Below are positions 45,499 through 55,259 of a stretch of 64,000 nucleotides of DNA, piece by piece. The stretch lies in the IMG/VR virus record IMGVR_UViG_3300036985_004624; one strand, given 5' to 3'. How positions within the stretch are numbered: position 1 is the stretch's first letter; each line of letters opens with the position of its first letter. Source of the stretch: a virus. A program made the translations under genes and the position numbers. The notes beneath the pieces were generated by a model. The model had not been told where the DNA came from, made no database searches, and was given only the letters and a program-made list of their open reading frames with translations.

Positions 45499-48045
45499 TT
45501 ATGCTGTTAAACTAGCTCCTGTATTTTTAATTCTGATAGGAATGTAAATAAATTCAATTGCTTTAACAGGTTGAATTGCAACGTCAATCCACAATTCGTT
45601 TCTATCTATACGAGCAGGTGTGTTGTTGCTCAAGTCGCAAACAACCAAGAAGTCATATAAACCACGCAATGTAATAAGTTCAGATAAGAATCTATTGAAT
45701 GCATCTAACACAGATTTACGTGTTGTTGTATCATTAGGCTCGAATAAGAACGGTTGTGCAAGATTGTTCAATTGATAACGTAGGTAATTTTCCAAACGAA
45801 CTACATTGATACGGTCTGTTGCACTCGAGTATGGTTGACGTGTCTTTTGTCCAAACACAACAATACCACCTTGTGGCATAACACGAATTGGATTAATACC
45901 GTTTTGATATAAAATATCACGTTGGCCTTCATTCAACTTAACTGTAATAAATTGTCCAGACGAATTAACATATCCGACTGCCCCTGCATTATTTACAACA
46001 CCGCGTTGTAATCCAGCTGGTGCAAACCAAGGATAAGCAACTTGATCGTTATAAGCAATTGTTCGTAAAGCCATATGGGATGGTGGAACAACTACGTCTG
46101 TACCATCGACATTTGTACTTAATCCGCTTGGATACCATGCGGCAAAGTATTTGCTTGCAGAAACAAGGCCATCTGCTCCGTTACCGTAAGCAACACTATG
46201 ATTTGTTGCCCAATTCTGTAAAGATGTTCCTGTTGCACTTAATGTAAACGGTGTATCTCCTACTACGAACGCTGTGTCTTTACGGTCATCGTTCAACACA
46301 AGCATTTCGTCGATAGCTTCTACATAGCCTGGTGCAGCAATTAAGTTAAAATATAAATCTTCTGCACGAATATCTTCGTTAGAAGTAATAGTTGCTTGAA
46401 TTGCTTTTACGATAACAATTTGTTGTGCTGCTGCACCCATATATGGTACGCCGCCCGGATTATTACCTGATATAGTTACCCAACGACCCAAAGAGTCGTT
46501 ATTGGTATCATCTGGCTGCGCTGTTACGCCATCAAATACATACGGTGCTTCCCAAGACTTAACATTGTTTGTAGAATAGCGTGTATTCCATAATAAGAAG
46601 CCTTTCGGATATAATGCAGCTTGTGGTGCATCTGCATCTAAGTCAGGATTTGTGCCACCTGCATTATTCTCTCCCGTGTATGCGCCATCATGATATAATG
46701 GGCCAGGACGAGCATCCTGGAAGATAATACCGTTAGGTGTTGTCTGATCTGTATTGTCCACTAGTACCCAAGCAGTTCCACTCCAGCGATTAATAACAGG
46801 ATAAGGGACTGCATCGGTGTTGACCCAAATATCACCAGCATCTAATGCCGGAGTAGGGACATTATCTAGTGGATCATCAGGCTGCGGATATAAAGTGGGT
46901 TCGCCCGGTAATACTGTATAAGTGAAACCAGGAAGATTAATATTTTGCCATGCACCTGTACCATCAGCAATTAACACATCTACTGTAGATTCTCCATCAC
47001 TATTTAATCCTAATAATGCATTAAACCACGACTGGCCGTTTACCGGACCTGCCGTAGGTGCTGTGGCTGAACCGACAATAGTGGTCAGTGCTGCCCAGAC
47101 ACCGTCTGTACATAACATAAATCTGAATAAATTTGGTGTGGTAGATTCTGCACCTTGTGCAATCTTAATATATACCTGGCCATTAGATCCTGCAGGATTT
47201 GCAGCATAATATGTATTTGCTGCTGCATCATCAACAAGTATCGGTGCCTCAACTTGCAAGAAAGATCCTGTCGATGCGCTCATCTTTCTTAAAACAAGAT
47301 CTGCACCTTGTGCTGCCGAACCCGTCTTAATCCAGTACGTCTGTGTAACTAACACATCTGTTAAATCAGGCCATACAGACTGGATAACTACGCTCGAATC
47401 TAATGTGGGGTCTTGTAATTTTACCCAGCTGCCTTCTAAACTTACCCAATAAGATAATTCGCCTGGTTCTGTTTCAAACACCACTGCAACGTCCAATTCG
47501 TCGGCCGTAGCCGTTGGTTCATTAGCTGTACCTGTTGCAAAATTATATACATATCTTGGTGTAACTGGCGACCATATTTCAGAACCTGGCGCGCCTGTAC
47601 GTATGAATAAACCATATGAAGATACAGATTCATCTAACCAATATGTTCCGGCTGCTGCAGGACTTGTTGGTGCAATCGGTGTAGGCTCTAATTGAGCGGT
47701 ATTCACATCTGCTCTAACAACTCTGCATAAATTAGAAATACCTAAATATGAATAAGCTGCTAAAAGTCCGTATTCATTTAATGGATACCCGTTCAACGAT
47801 GTACCACTTACTGAGTAGAAAGTAGGATCGCCGAAAGTTTGTACCAAATCACGTTGAGATGTGATAGACCATACAATGCCGGCATTAGCCTTTGTTGTTC
47901 CAACTGCAACAGTTGTCCCAGCTGGAATGGTTTTATCTTGTTGTGTGGCGATAAAAATAAGTGGAACTGTTCCTGGACCAGCGCCAACATTGATGCTTTG
48001 GTCGATAACTGAAATACTTACGCCTGGGGATACTAAAACTGCCAT
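45499..48045 (-). CDS. Contractile tail sheath protein (gp18-like)
   Basis: LVSPGV, NEYGLLAAY, WFAPAG.QRG, RINVVRL, FLFEPND, NNTP.RIDRNEL, PVKAIEFIYIP. Confidence 0.95.
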   Translation of the reverse strand: MAVLVSPGVSISVIDQSINVGAGPGTVPLIFIATQQDKTIPAGTTVAVGTTKANAGIVWSITSQRDLVQTFGDPTFYSVSGTSLNGYPLNEYGLLAAYSYLGISNLCRVVRADVNTAQLEPTPIAPTSPAAAGTYWLDESVSSYGLFIRTGAPGSEIWSPVTPRYVYNFATGTANEPTATADELDVAVVFETEPGELSYWVSLEGSWVKLQDPTLDSSVVIQSVWPDLTDVLVTQTYWIKTGSAAQGADLVLRKMSASTGSFLQVEAPILVDDAAANTYYAANPAGSNGQVYIKIAQGAESTTPNLFRFMLCTDGVWAALTTIVGSATAPTAGPVNGQSWFNALLGLNSDGESTVDVLIADGTGAWQNINLPGFTYTVLPGEPTLYPQPDDPLDNVPTPALDAGDIWVNTDAVPYPVINRWSGTAWVLVDNTDQTTPNGIIFQDARPGPLYHDGAYTGENNAGGTNPDLDADAPQAALYPKGFLLWNTRYSTNNVKSWEAPYVFDGVTAQPDDTNNDSLGRWVTISGNNPGGVPYMGAAAQQIVIVKAIQATITSNEDIRAEDLYFNLIAAPGYVEAIDEMLVLNDDRKDTAFVVGDTPFTLSATGTSLQNWATNHSVAYGNGADGLVSASKYFAAWYPSGLSTNVDGTDVVVPPSHMALRTIAYNDQVAYPWFAPAGLQRGVVNNAGAVGYVNSSGQFITVKLNEGQRDILYQNGINPIRVMPQGGIVVFGQKTRQPYSSATDRINVVRLENYLRYQLNNLAQPFLFEPNDTTTRKSVLDAFNRFLSELITLRGLYDFLVVCDLSNNTPARIDRNELWIDVAIQPVKAIEFIYIPIRIKNTGASLTA

Positions 48046-48132
48046 ATATTTAACTCCTATTGAAGATGTTTCTTCTAGTTGCTAGTATTTATCAGGAAGG
48101 GTGTTAAATATGCTGCAAATAAAGCACCAATC

Positions 48133-48765
48133 TTACAATTTATTGGAGAATATTTTCTGTACCTGGCCTTCTAGATTTTCTAATGTACTATCGTTATTTA
48201 GCTCATAATCAATTTTCGACCCCACCCATGCCCATTCACTTAAATGAGCAGCAGAATATGTCTCAGTCATCACTGCTTTTGCGATAGAATTTCCCCGATT
48301 TGCTAAGATAGCTGTTTCATACCAAATGGGTGCAGGGCCACGATTTACCTTAATTAACGTGCCGCCTTGCTCTTGAATAAATTTTATTTCGTTAGGAAAA
48401 CGAACATCACTAATAACTACATTCTGATCAGGATTTTTACGAATTCTGTTTCGAAGTGTTAAGAACCACATATCTTGATGGAAGTTATTACGCATAACAT
48501 CTGTACCAATTACTTGCAATGCAAGTCTGGGACTAAAATTAGGCATGTTCAATTGTTCGGCCCACCACGGGTCTACAATTTCACGCCATTCCCGAGACTC
48601 TTTTGTATCGCCTTCGAGCATATGCCTGGGCCAATCAAACATAACGGCACAAGCATCTTTCAAACCTGCTGCAAAACTATCTTGCCTAAAATCATATCTA
48701 TTGACAAGTTGCGATGCAACAGTACCTTTACCGCTATTAATGAATCCGAGTAGGCCTACAATCAT
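48133..48765 (-). CDS. Deoxynucleoside monophosphate kinase (T4 gp1-like)
   Basis: G.INSGKGT, SFA..LKD, PR..LQ.IGT, ISDVRFPNE, HLSE. Confidence 0.92.
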   Translation of the reverse strand: MIVGLLGFINSGKGTVASQLVNRYDFRQDSFAAGLKDACAVMFDWPRHMLEGDTKESREWREIVDPWWAEQLNMPNFSPRLALQVIGTDVMRNNFHQDMWFLTLRNRIRKNPDQNVVISDVRFPNEIKFIQEQGGTLIKVNRGPAPIWYETAILANRGNSIAKAVMTETYSAAHLSEWAWVGSKIDYELNNDSTLENLEGQVQKIFSNKL

Positions 48766-48834
48766 AAGAAACCCCTAAGTTAATGTTTATGTAGTTATAC
48801 ACAAACCGCTTAGGGGTTGAATAATTTTGTTATT

Positions 48835-49587
48835 TTAACCGATTACAAAGCTATATCCATCCGAAGCAGTTACGAGATTTTGTAGTTGTAATTCTAACTT
48901 ATCCATCTCTACCTGAGCTTCTTGCTTAATAGTAGCACCATTAAGAGTAACATTGCCATTCGGTCCCGGAAAACCTCCCGGAAACTTATCTCTTGCTTCG
49001 CCTAACATATACTTAGAATATGCTGTAGAATAAGAACGTAACCAAGGCCCTGTATAAGGATCGTTAATGATATCATCTTCCGATTTGCTTGCATAAACGC
49101 GCACCGCTACCTCTTCGTCTGCTGTCGGTCGGCGAATAATTTTCAATGTATGAGAATTTACGTCCCATGTGAAATTCATCTGACTTGCAAATAATCGTTC
49201 GGTTGTTTCCAAGAATTGATTATACATATCCCATGTAGCCAATCCGCCGGACCTATTTGGTTGCAACATATAGATATTATAGAATGCAGCATCTACTGGA
49301 TCAAAATTGATACCGCCGTTTGTATATGCACCGACGCCCCGGCGATATAGTCTTCTAACTTCCTGAACTTCGTCCGGTAATGTATATTCTGTTATATCTC
49401 GTGTAATATGTAAAAAGATATCTTTCTCAAGATTAGCGCCATCCGATTGTTGACGCAACTTTTGAATACCAATCGTAATACCTAAATTTATGTGTTCTTG
49501 GTCGAGTTCGACATCCACCATCTGAGAACCGAGCAAAAGCTCTATTTGGCGAATTAGCAGGGATCTCGGTGTATATTGTGCAGACAT
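48835..49587 (-). CDS. Neck / head-tail adaptor protein (gp13-like)
   Basis: LG..MVDVELD, W...Y..A..K..LG..R.KF, GP.G.VTLNG, F.IG end. Confidence 0.85.
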   Translation of the reverse strand: MSAQYTPRSLLIRQIELLLGSQMVDVELDQEHINLGITIGIQKLRQQSDGANLEKDIFLHITRDITEYTLPDEVQEVRRLYRRGVGAYTNGGINFDPVDAAFYNIYMLQPNRSGGLATWDMYNQFLETTERLFASQMNFTWDVNSHTLKIIRRPTADEEVAVRVYASKSEDDIINDPYTGPWLRSYSTAYSKYMLGEARDKFPGGFPGPNGNVTLNGATIKQEAQVEMDKLELQLQNLVTASDGYSFVIG

Positions 49588-49618
49588 AGTGTATCAACTC
49601 CAGTGATACACTATTTAT
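49588..49618 (-). promoter_or_regulatory. Late promoter overlapping an RBS-flanking hairpin of the neck gene
   Basis: GATAAAT-AGTGTATCA-CTGGAGT-TGATACACT-ATG. Confidence 0.6.
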
Positions 49619-50079
49619 CAATATCCTAAGGTTGCCTTCTTCATAATAAATGCATCATCCAATGCATTATGTGCATCATATCCAAATTTAACCAATAGTG
49701 CTTCTTCTACAAGATCCGACACCCTAACAGGAAATATCATATTCTTTTCTAAATTTTCAGGCCAAAGTGTTTCTACTAATCTTCTTAAATGCGGCCAATC
49801 CCATGATGGATTATCGGAAGCAATAATACATGGCACATTTCGTTCTTCTATCCATTTACTTATGGCTAAGGAACATTCGTAATGCGTCATTCTGTGCGGC
49901 CCTGGCCCTCTCAGAAGTACCAATACATCCGATTTTACAAAATCAGAACAGTCTTTCAGTTCGTATGTATCGGTTAATTCAGCATAAAAGTAGTTTTCGT
50001 CTTCGTCGACCAAAGCAATGCTGATCAGCTTATTGCCGGGTATTAGATCAGTGAATTCAGTATCTAAAAATAATCTCAT
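49618..50079 (-). CDS. DEDDh 3'-5' exonuclease (Rv2179c-like)
   Basis: LFLDTEFT, LISIALV, WDW, HNALDDA. Confidence 0.88.
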   Translation of the reverse strand: MRLFLDTEFTDLIPGNKLISIALVDEDENYFYAELTDTYELKDCSDFVKSDVLVLLRGPGPHRMTHYECSLAISKWIEERNVPCIIASDNPSWDWPHLRRLVETLWPENLEKNMIFPVRVSDLVEEALLVKFGYDAHNALDDAFIMKKATLGY

Positions 50080-51224
50080 TTATCAATCCTCAGAATAACA
50101 TGATTCTCGTTAAGTTTGCCGCCGCACGGAATATCGAGTGTTGTTAAATCCTTCAAAAAAGTGCGAAGTTTGACCTTACTTGCCTTCTTGAAGTCTGCGA
50201 GCGTCTCGACAGGCTTACGCAGTGTTTTTTCTACAGAATCTGACGAATAATTCAGTAAACTTGCGCCTTTAACACTGAGCCCGCCTGCGTCAACTGCTTT
50301 GTACTGAGATAACTTGCGTGTTCTAACATTGTATGTCCATACTTCCTTAGCACCAATTATTTGTGTAGGATTCAAACTAACAATACCCAGTGTTTTATCA
50401 TCCTTCTTATATTTTAATTTAGATACAACTTTATCGGCAGAAACAAGTTTCTTTTTGCGGGGTGCTCTTTCTACCTTTGCAGATTCTTGCATCATTGTGC
50501 AAGCCTTAAATAGATTCCTATTGAATAGATCTGCCTTCTTCAATTCTGCATTAGTATAATTAGAATATGCTTCTACCAATTCTTTATCTTTACCTTGTAG
50601 TGCTTCGGCCATCTCCTTTAGTCGACCTTCAAACTCTGCTTGTATGAACTTCATGTGCGGTGCTTTTAATTCATTTGATTTAAATAAATTCACAAAATCC
50701 TCCACCGACTTTACAGGAAGTTTTTTATCCATACAGAAGTCGTCTATCCATCCTTCTATTTCTCCCGCAATCTGACACGATTTTTCACGCAACCTGTCCT
50801 GAATAGAGATAACTGCTTTAATAGGCTCTTGAACTTTGAGAACGGATCTATCCTGTGATTCTTTTTCAACTGCCGCAAGCCTTTTTTCTTCTTCATATAT
50901 TACTTTCTCCAAGGCGGGCATTAATTTAGGAAAAACGCTATCGGGTATATCGCATCCGTGGTTTAATAGATACATATACTTTCCCACAGTAGCAAATCTA
51001 TTTTCGTGCATATCTTTAATACGATCCAGTAATGGATGTTTTAGATTAATTGATTTAAGATACTTTATTACTTCCTTTTTTAATTCTGATGTTGAAAGTT
51101 CATAATGAGCATATAGCATGGCACTGTGAAAATTTCTCACGAAGTGCTTATTTGTTTTTACCGTATATTCGAAATCGGGTTTGGGCCAACTCACAAATAC
51201 ACCTGCCGAACTCTTTGTTGCCAT
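50076..51224 (-). CDS. Conserved hypothetical protein of large T4-like phages
   Basis: SIQDRLRE, IIGA..VW.YN..TRKL, KTLRKP, G.LNE...ILR. Confidence 0.75.
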   Translation of the reverse strand: MATKSSAGVFVSWPKPDFEYTVKTNKHFVRNFHSAMLYAHYELSTSELKKEVIKYLKSINLKHPLLDRIKDMHENRFATVGKYMYLLNHGCDIPDSVFPKLMPALEKVIYEEEKRLAAVEKESQDRSVLKVQEPIKAVISIQDRLREKSCQIAGEIEGWIDDFCMDKKLPVKSVEDFVNLFKSNELKAPHMKFIQAEFEGRLKEMAEALQGKDKELVEAYSNYTNAELKKADLFNRNLFKACTMMQESAKVERAPRKKKLVSADKVVSKLKYKKDDKTLGIVSLNPTQIIGAKEVWTYNVRTRKLSQYKAVDAGGLSVKGASLLNYSSDSVEKTLRKPVETLADFKKASKVKLRTFLKDLTTLDIPCGGKLNENHVILRIDK

Positions 51225-51323
51225 TTCTTATCCTTATGATATAAGATTATTTTAGCATCAGCCAAAAATAATCGCAACTAATCTTGGTTAGCTGCTCAGA
51301 GGATATTTATACGATCGGGTATC

Positions 51324-51494
51324 TTATTGGCCGGATTCAGGCTTCTTAGGATGTTTCTCTTTGCGAGTAAACTTCTTTTCCGTATGAGAGCCAGCACCTG
51401 AAGTAGGTGCGTTTTTCGCTACAAAATTGCGGGGTATGGTAGCAGGTACTTTTTTCTTATCAGTTTTTGCTTCAAATAATTCAAACAGTCTCAT
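51324..51494 (-). CDS. Small basic late protein (MRLFELFE start)
   Basis: GGAG SD; PRNFVAKNA...GAGSH...R..KH. Confidence 0.7.
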   Translation of the reverse strand: MRLFELFEAKTDKKKVPATIPRNFVAKNAPTSGAGSHTEKKFTRKEKHPKKPESGQ

Positions 51495-51510
51495 ACGCAC
51501 TCCAAATATA

Positions 51511-51590
51511 AAGATAAGGAACGGTAGCGAATCGTTCCTTATCGACGCCTGCGTTAGCAGTAGCCACAACGGTCCTAGAGGTAGTTGTTA
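51511..51590 (-). ncRNA. Candidate structured RNA downstream of a late promoter
   Basis: ACAAC/GTTGT stem enclosing CCT-CT-AGG; CTGC-TAAC-GCAG; 11-bp GATAAGGAACG/CGTTCCTTATC stem. Confidence 0.55.
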
Positions 51591-51611
51591 ATTATATTTA
51601 TCTAAAATACA

Positions 51612-52094
51612 TTAAATATTAGGATCAGGTCGTGCCAGTACCTGAAAAATTTCATCTGCTGATGTTAAAGATCCACCCCACATCTCCACGACAAAAGGTG
51701 CTCTGTAAGTACACTTCGTAACAAGTCTATTATACTGCGCGTCAGTGATTACTCCTGCGGCAACAAACCCATTAAGCATGGATTGTGTTTCTACTGTGCT
51801 AAAATCTAAAGGATTAGGATTGCCCGATTGAAGATAATTAATTAAAATCGCACAAGCATTTTTAATCATATTATCATCCGGCATAGTACTGTCTTGCGAA
51901 ATCTTAAAAATCTTAATCCATAACCCCTCAATTCCCAAAAATGTAAGAAGCCATGACGGTGTAACGGGGCCTAACTTAGGAACTGTCATAGCATTTAGAA
52001 TCTCAGCAATCTCTTCATATTTTTCTCCTGCTGCTAAAGTAGCAAGGTTCGTATCGGCAAAGATATATGCCTTCATGTCACTAAATCGATTCAT
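51612..52094 (-). CDS. Hypothetical protein
   Basis: 160 aa, GGGGA SD. Confidence 0.65.
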   Translation of the reverse strand: MNRFSDMKAYIFADTNLATLAAGEKYEEIAEILNAMTVPKLGPVTPSWLLTFLGIEGLWIKIFKISQDSTMPDDNMIKNACAILINYLQSGNPNPLDFSTVETQSMLNGFVAAGVITDAQYNRLVTKCTYRAPFVVEMWGGSLTSADEIFQVLARPDPNI

Positions 52095-52112
52095 AATTAA
52101 TTCCCCCGAATC

Positions 52113-52277
52113 TTATCCGCATTTATCTAAAAATTCTTTAAATTTTTCCATTGTGTTAAACTTAGCAACACTGTACTCGTACAGCATATACTCCTGTATT
52201 GCGAAAAAATATTCCACAGGAGTTTTAGACTTTATTAATTTAGAAGTTTGCCAAGATCTCATTATTCCAGCACTCAT
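52113..52277 (-). CDS. Small hypothetical protein (54 aa)
   Basis: Hand translation MSAGIMRSWQTSKLIKSKTPVEYFFAIQEYMLYEYSVAKFNTMEKFKEFLDKCG; ATGA overlap with the upstream stop. Confidence 0.5.
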   Translation of the reverse strand: MSAGIMRSWQTSKLIKSKTPVEYFFAIQEYMLYEYSVAKFNTMEKFKEFLDKCG

Positions 52278-52642
52278 TTTCTTTTATACCTTATATAATT
52301 ATCTAATATTGATTCTATATTTATCGTCCCTGTTGGGTTCTTACTATGCACAGTAAATGAGAATTTATCAGGCATAGAATTTGTATCCATGTCATATTCC
52401 ACCAACCATTTGGCAAAATCATATCCTGTTTTTTCATCAGAATAATCATTTGCATAATGCATCAAACCCAGATCATGGTCAAACGATATTACGTCTGGAA
52501 ATCCGTTATCTTGGACCCATTTAATTGCTTCATCGTAAGACCTAACAATTTGCCAATCTGCACCCCGTGAGCCAACGCCGCCGATAAGCAGCCACTTAAC
52601 ATCTGCAGGCATTCTTTCATCATCTAAAAATAAATATTTCAT
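52274..52642 (-). CDS. Cyclic-phosphate-processing receiver-domain protein
   Basis: LFLDDER.P, ISFDHDLG, TGYDFAKWL, VHS.NP.G. Confidence 0.85.
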   Translation of the reverse strand: MKYLFLDDERMPADVKWLLIGGVGSRGADWQIVRSYDEAIKWVQDNGFPDVISFDHDLGLMHYANDYSDEKTGYDFAKWLVEYDMDTNSMPDKFSFTVHSKNPTGTINIESILDNYIRYKRK

Positions 52643-53499
52643 TCTTTACTACCGGTTAATCTAATTACTGTATTGACTAATTCTGTTTCTCTTAATACAG
52701 TTAATCTATTTTCTTTATCGAATCCAATCATCGCCTTAACATCCTTAGGGAAGCAGGTGCCTCCATACCCGAATTGCCCATCCGGTCCAGGCACATCCAG
52801 ATGAGAATGACCGATCCTTAAATCAGTGTCTAGCAGATTTATGAATTCAGACCAATCCATGCCTGATACATGATCGTAGTCATCGTATGTATCTTTATAC
52901 AACTGATAAAGTTGATTCATAAATACGACTTTGCTTGCAAGATAAGAATTTATAGCATATTTGGCTAATGCTGCTGCTCTATAATCAACAATATTAAATA
53001 TAACATCCGTACAATTAATATTAGAATGATTTTCATATATTGATTGTAAGAGCTTGCAATCAAAAAAACTTCCTGCCATAATTATCTGATAAGGTGTTAG
53101 GGCATCTTTTTCCCAATCTCTTTCTCTTAGAAATTCGGGAGAATATATGTATCGTAAAGGCCCCTCTTTATTCATTACCTTATCTCTACCAAATCTAATA
53201 TAAAGATCGTCGACTATGGTAGGAGGCAATGTACTCTTTAATACAACAATACCTTTATATTCTATATTTACTAATTGTTCGAATATGTTATAAATTACTG
53301 ATGCGTCGACCGACCTATCATCTAAGGTAGGGGCATTTATCGAAACAAAAACAAGCGGCGGCTCACGTATTCGTAAATCTGATATTACTATATTCGAATG
53401 TCGCGGATCGATTATAATCGCTTCCGTATTATGCTCGAATGCCTTATGACATGCCTTGCCTACAAATCCGTATCCTATAAATGCAATGCTTTTTAACAT
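52639..53499 (-). CDS. UDP-glucose/GDP-mannose dehydrogenase family protein (short form)
   Basis: IGYGFVG, LKSTLPP, SPEFLRE, KY..N..LA.KV, GYGGTCFPKD. Confidence 0.9.
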   Translation of the reverse strand: MLKSIAFIGYGFVGKACHKAFEHNTEAIIIDPRHSNIVISDLRIREPPLVFVSINAPTLDDRSVDASVIYNIFEQLVNIEYKGIVVLKSTLPPTIVDDLYIRFGRDKVMNKEGPLRYIYSPEFLRERDWEKDALTPYQIIMAGSFFDCKLLQSIYENHSNINCTDVIFNIVDYRAAALAKYAINSYLASKVVFMNQLYQLYKDTYDDYDHVSGMDWSEFINLLDTDLRIGHSHLDVPGPDGQFGYGGTCFPKDVKAMIGFDKENRLTVLRETELVNTVIRLTGSKE

Positions 53500-53513
53500 A
53501 TTTCCCTTTTATC

Positions 53514-53542
53514 AAAAGAATAGGGCTTAACGGCCCTATTCT
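53514..53542 (-). terminator. Intrinsic terminator
   Basis: AGAATAGGGC...GCCCTATTCT-TTT. Confidence 0.7.
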
Positions 53543-53749
53543 GTGTGTACTGGATTCCCCTGTTAAACTTTTACATCTAACCCCAGTTCCCCGTCCTATA
53601 TTAAGGAACCTCCGCGGTTACATTTCTCTTGTAGGAAAAAGTGCCGCTCCATCAATAAATAAAACGCATGTATACCATGCACGGTATTTTACACATAGGC
53701 GCCATCGATCAATCATAGGTACACAAACCGGCTCTACATAGCCACACAC

Positions 53750-54115
53750 TCATTTTAAAACACCTAAATTATAATACGTCTCGCATTGCGATGCTGCAAG
53801 AGCTGCTATTTTATCTTCGTACGGTGTCTCATCTATTAACTTTTTCTTTCCGTATATCTTAGAAACTACATTATTAAAATTATGTATCAAATCATATAAA
53901 TTGTTCTGTACAATTTTGGTATACGAAGTAGACTGTTTCTTTATATACTCTTCAATGCACGTTGCAATTTTCGCTTCTTTGATTAGATCTATATGTTCTA
54001 CGGAAGGTGTTATTTCTGGAAATATGTCGTTCGATTTTGCTATACTACTCAAAGGCAACATACATACCAAAAATAACACAGTAATTATGCCTACTCGGAG
54101 GCATAATTTCTTCAC
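53750..54115 (-). CDS. Secreted/periplasmic hypothetical protein
   Basis: Basic plus hydrophobic N-terminal signal peptide; follows rIIB. Confidence 0.6.
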   Translation of the reverse strand: MKKLCLRVGIITVLFLVCMLPLSSIAKSNDIFPEITPSVEHIDLIKEAKIATCIEEYIKKQSTSYTKIVQNNLYDLIHNFNNVVSKIYGKKKLIDETPYEDKIAALAASQCETYYNLGVLK

Positions 54116-54120
54116 TGGAT

Positions 54121-55191
54121 TTACTCCAGTTCTTCGTCCGTTCCGGCAAGAACAATCTTCAACATAGCCTTCTTTTGCTGACTATTCTTCTCGACGCGAT
54201 CTGTGGCTTCTTCCAATGTCATATCAGTGTATTCGACCCAACCGCCATAAACACGGACCAAGTCGTACAACTGATCTTCATCTTCGTCCTCGAATTCGCC
54301 ATCCTCGTGTACGCATGTACAACCTCCACAATCGTCCGAACAATCGTCTTTAGGGAAAGGCCAGCTGCCACTAGGAACATCCGGCGATGTAGTGAACGGC
54401 CACGCAGATTGTGGACTTAATGTAGTAGTCTTTGCCTTGGGCGAGTATTCGCGATTGACTACTTCATTGAATGCTTCCTTAGGATCGCCACCGACCTGGC
54501 CCACAACTTCGTATCTGCAGCAACGACCTTTTGCACCGTCGTAATCGGTAGGAATACTAACAACATCGGCTGGATTGATCTTCAAGATCATAACGGGGTC
54601 GTCAACGCAGCCGAAACCGGCCAAATAGCTTTCGCTACAGAAGTGTAGACCTGACGAACAGTAAGAATCAGGGTTATCGTCAACCAAATTTCGTTCCATT
54701 TCTACAATTTGTCCGATACTGTTATCGATAGTCCTTGTGTGAAGATCTTTATAATTAGTGTTCACCTTCTTAAATGCAAGGAAATAGCCATCTTCCGTGA
54801 TAGGCAAACTATTCTTTTCCAAGAACCCATATACTTGTTCTACAGACCGCTTAGATGGATTATCCATCAAGTTTTCCATAAAATTAATCATAGGATCAAC
54901 AGGAAAACCTTCCTGATACATTTCCAGCATACGCACAGACAATGCATTATGGAATGGTTCTTCCTTCCACATAACAATGCCGTCTTCTACTGTAACAAAA
55001 CCGCGACCAAAATTGATGATTGCCTTCTTAGGTTCGACTAAATCACGCAATTCGTCCCAGTCCGAGTCCTTCAATGCTTCGACAATCTTCTCATAATTCA
55101 TATGAGTGTCGCGACTAATGGTATGACTTTTACCGTCCAATACCAAAATAATGTTTTTACCTTGCAAAAGATAAGCGGGAGTTGAGTTCAT
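54121..55191 (-). CDS. rIIB: rIIB protein
   Basis: F.ENL..NPS, LPIT.DG.FLAFK.V, CSSGLHFC, KINP.DVVSIP.DY...KGRCCRYEV. Confidence 0.92.
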   Translation of the reverse strand: MNSTPAYLLQGKNIILVLDGKSHTISRDTHMNYEKIVEALKDSDWDELRDLVEPKKAIINFGRGFVTVEDGIVMWKEEPFHNALSVRMLEMYQEGFPVDPMINFMENLMDNPSKRSVEQVYGFLEKNSLPITEDGYFLAFKKVNTNYKDLHTRTIDNSIGQIVEMERNLVDDNPDSYCSSGLHFCSESYLAGFGCVDDPVMILKINPADVVSIPTDYDGAKGRCCRYEVVGQVGGDPKEAFNEVVNREYSPKAKTTTLSPQSAWPFTTSPDVPSGSWPFPKDDCSDDCGGCTCVHEDGEFEDEDEDQLYDLVRVYGGWVEYTDMTLEEATDRVEKNSQQKKAMLKIVLAGTDEELE

Positions 55192-55216
55192 AAAATGCCT
55201 TTCTGTGTAATGTTAA

Positions 55217-55245
55217 ATTATATAGTGAAAAATCTACAATGTCAA
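55217..55245 (-). promoter_or_regulatory. Consensus sigma70 promoter of rIIB
   Basis: TTGACA-17-TATAAT. Confidence 0.85.
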
Positions 55246-55259
55246 ATATGGTTGTATAT

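Noticed and set aside
53544-53725. Retron msr-msd, tmRNA or RNase P RNA
   Set aside because: No reverse transcriptase in the window, no tRNA-like ends or tag frame, no GAGGAAAGUCC motif; kept only as a generic ncRNA candidate
53750-54115. T4 rI antiholin or spanin
   Set aside because: Signal peptide and position after rIIB are suggestive, but there is no recognisable similarity, lipobox or coiled-coil
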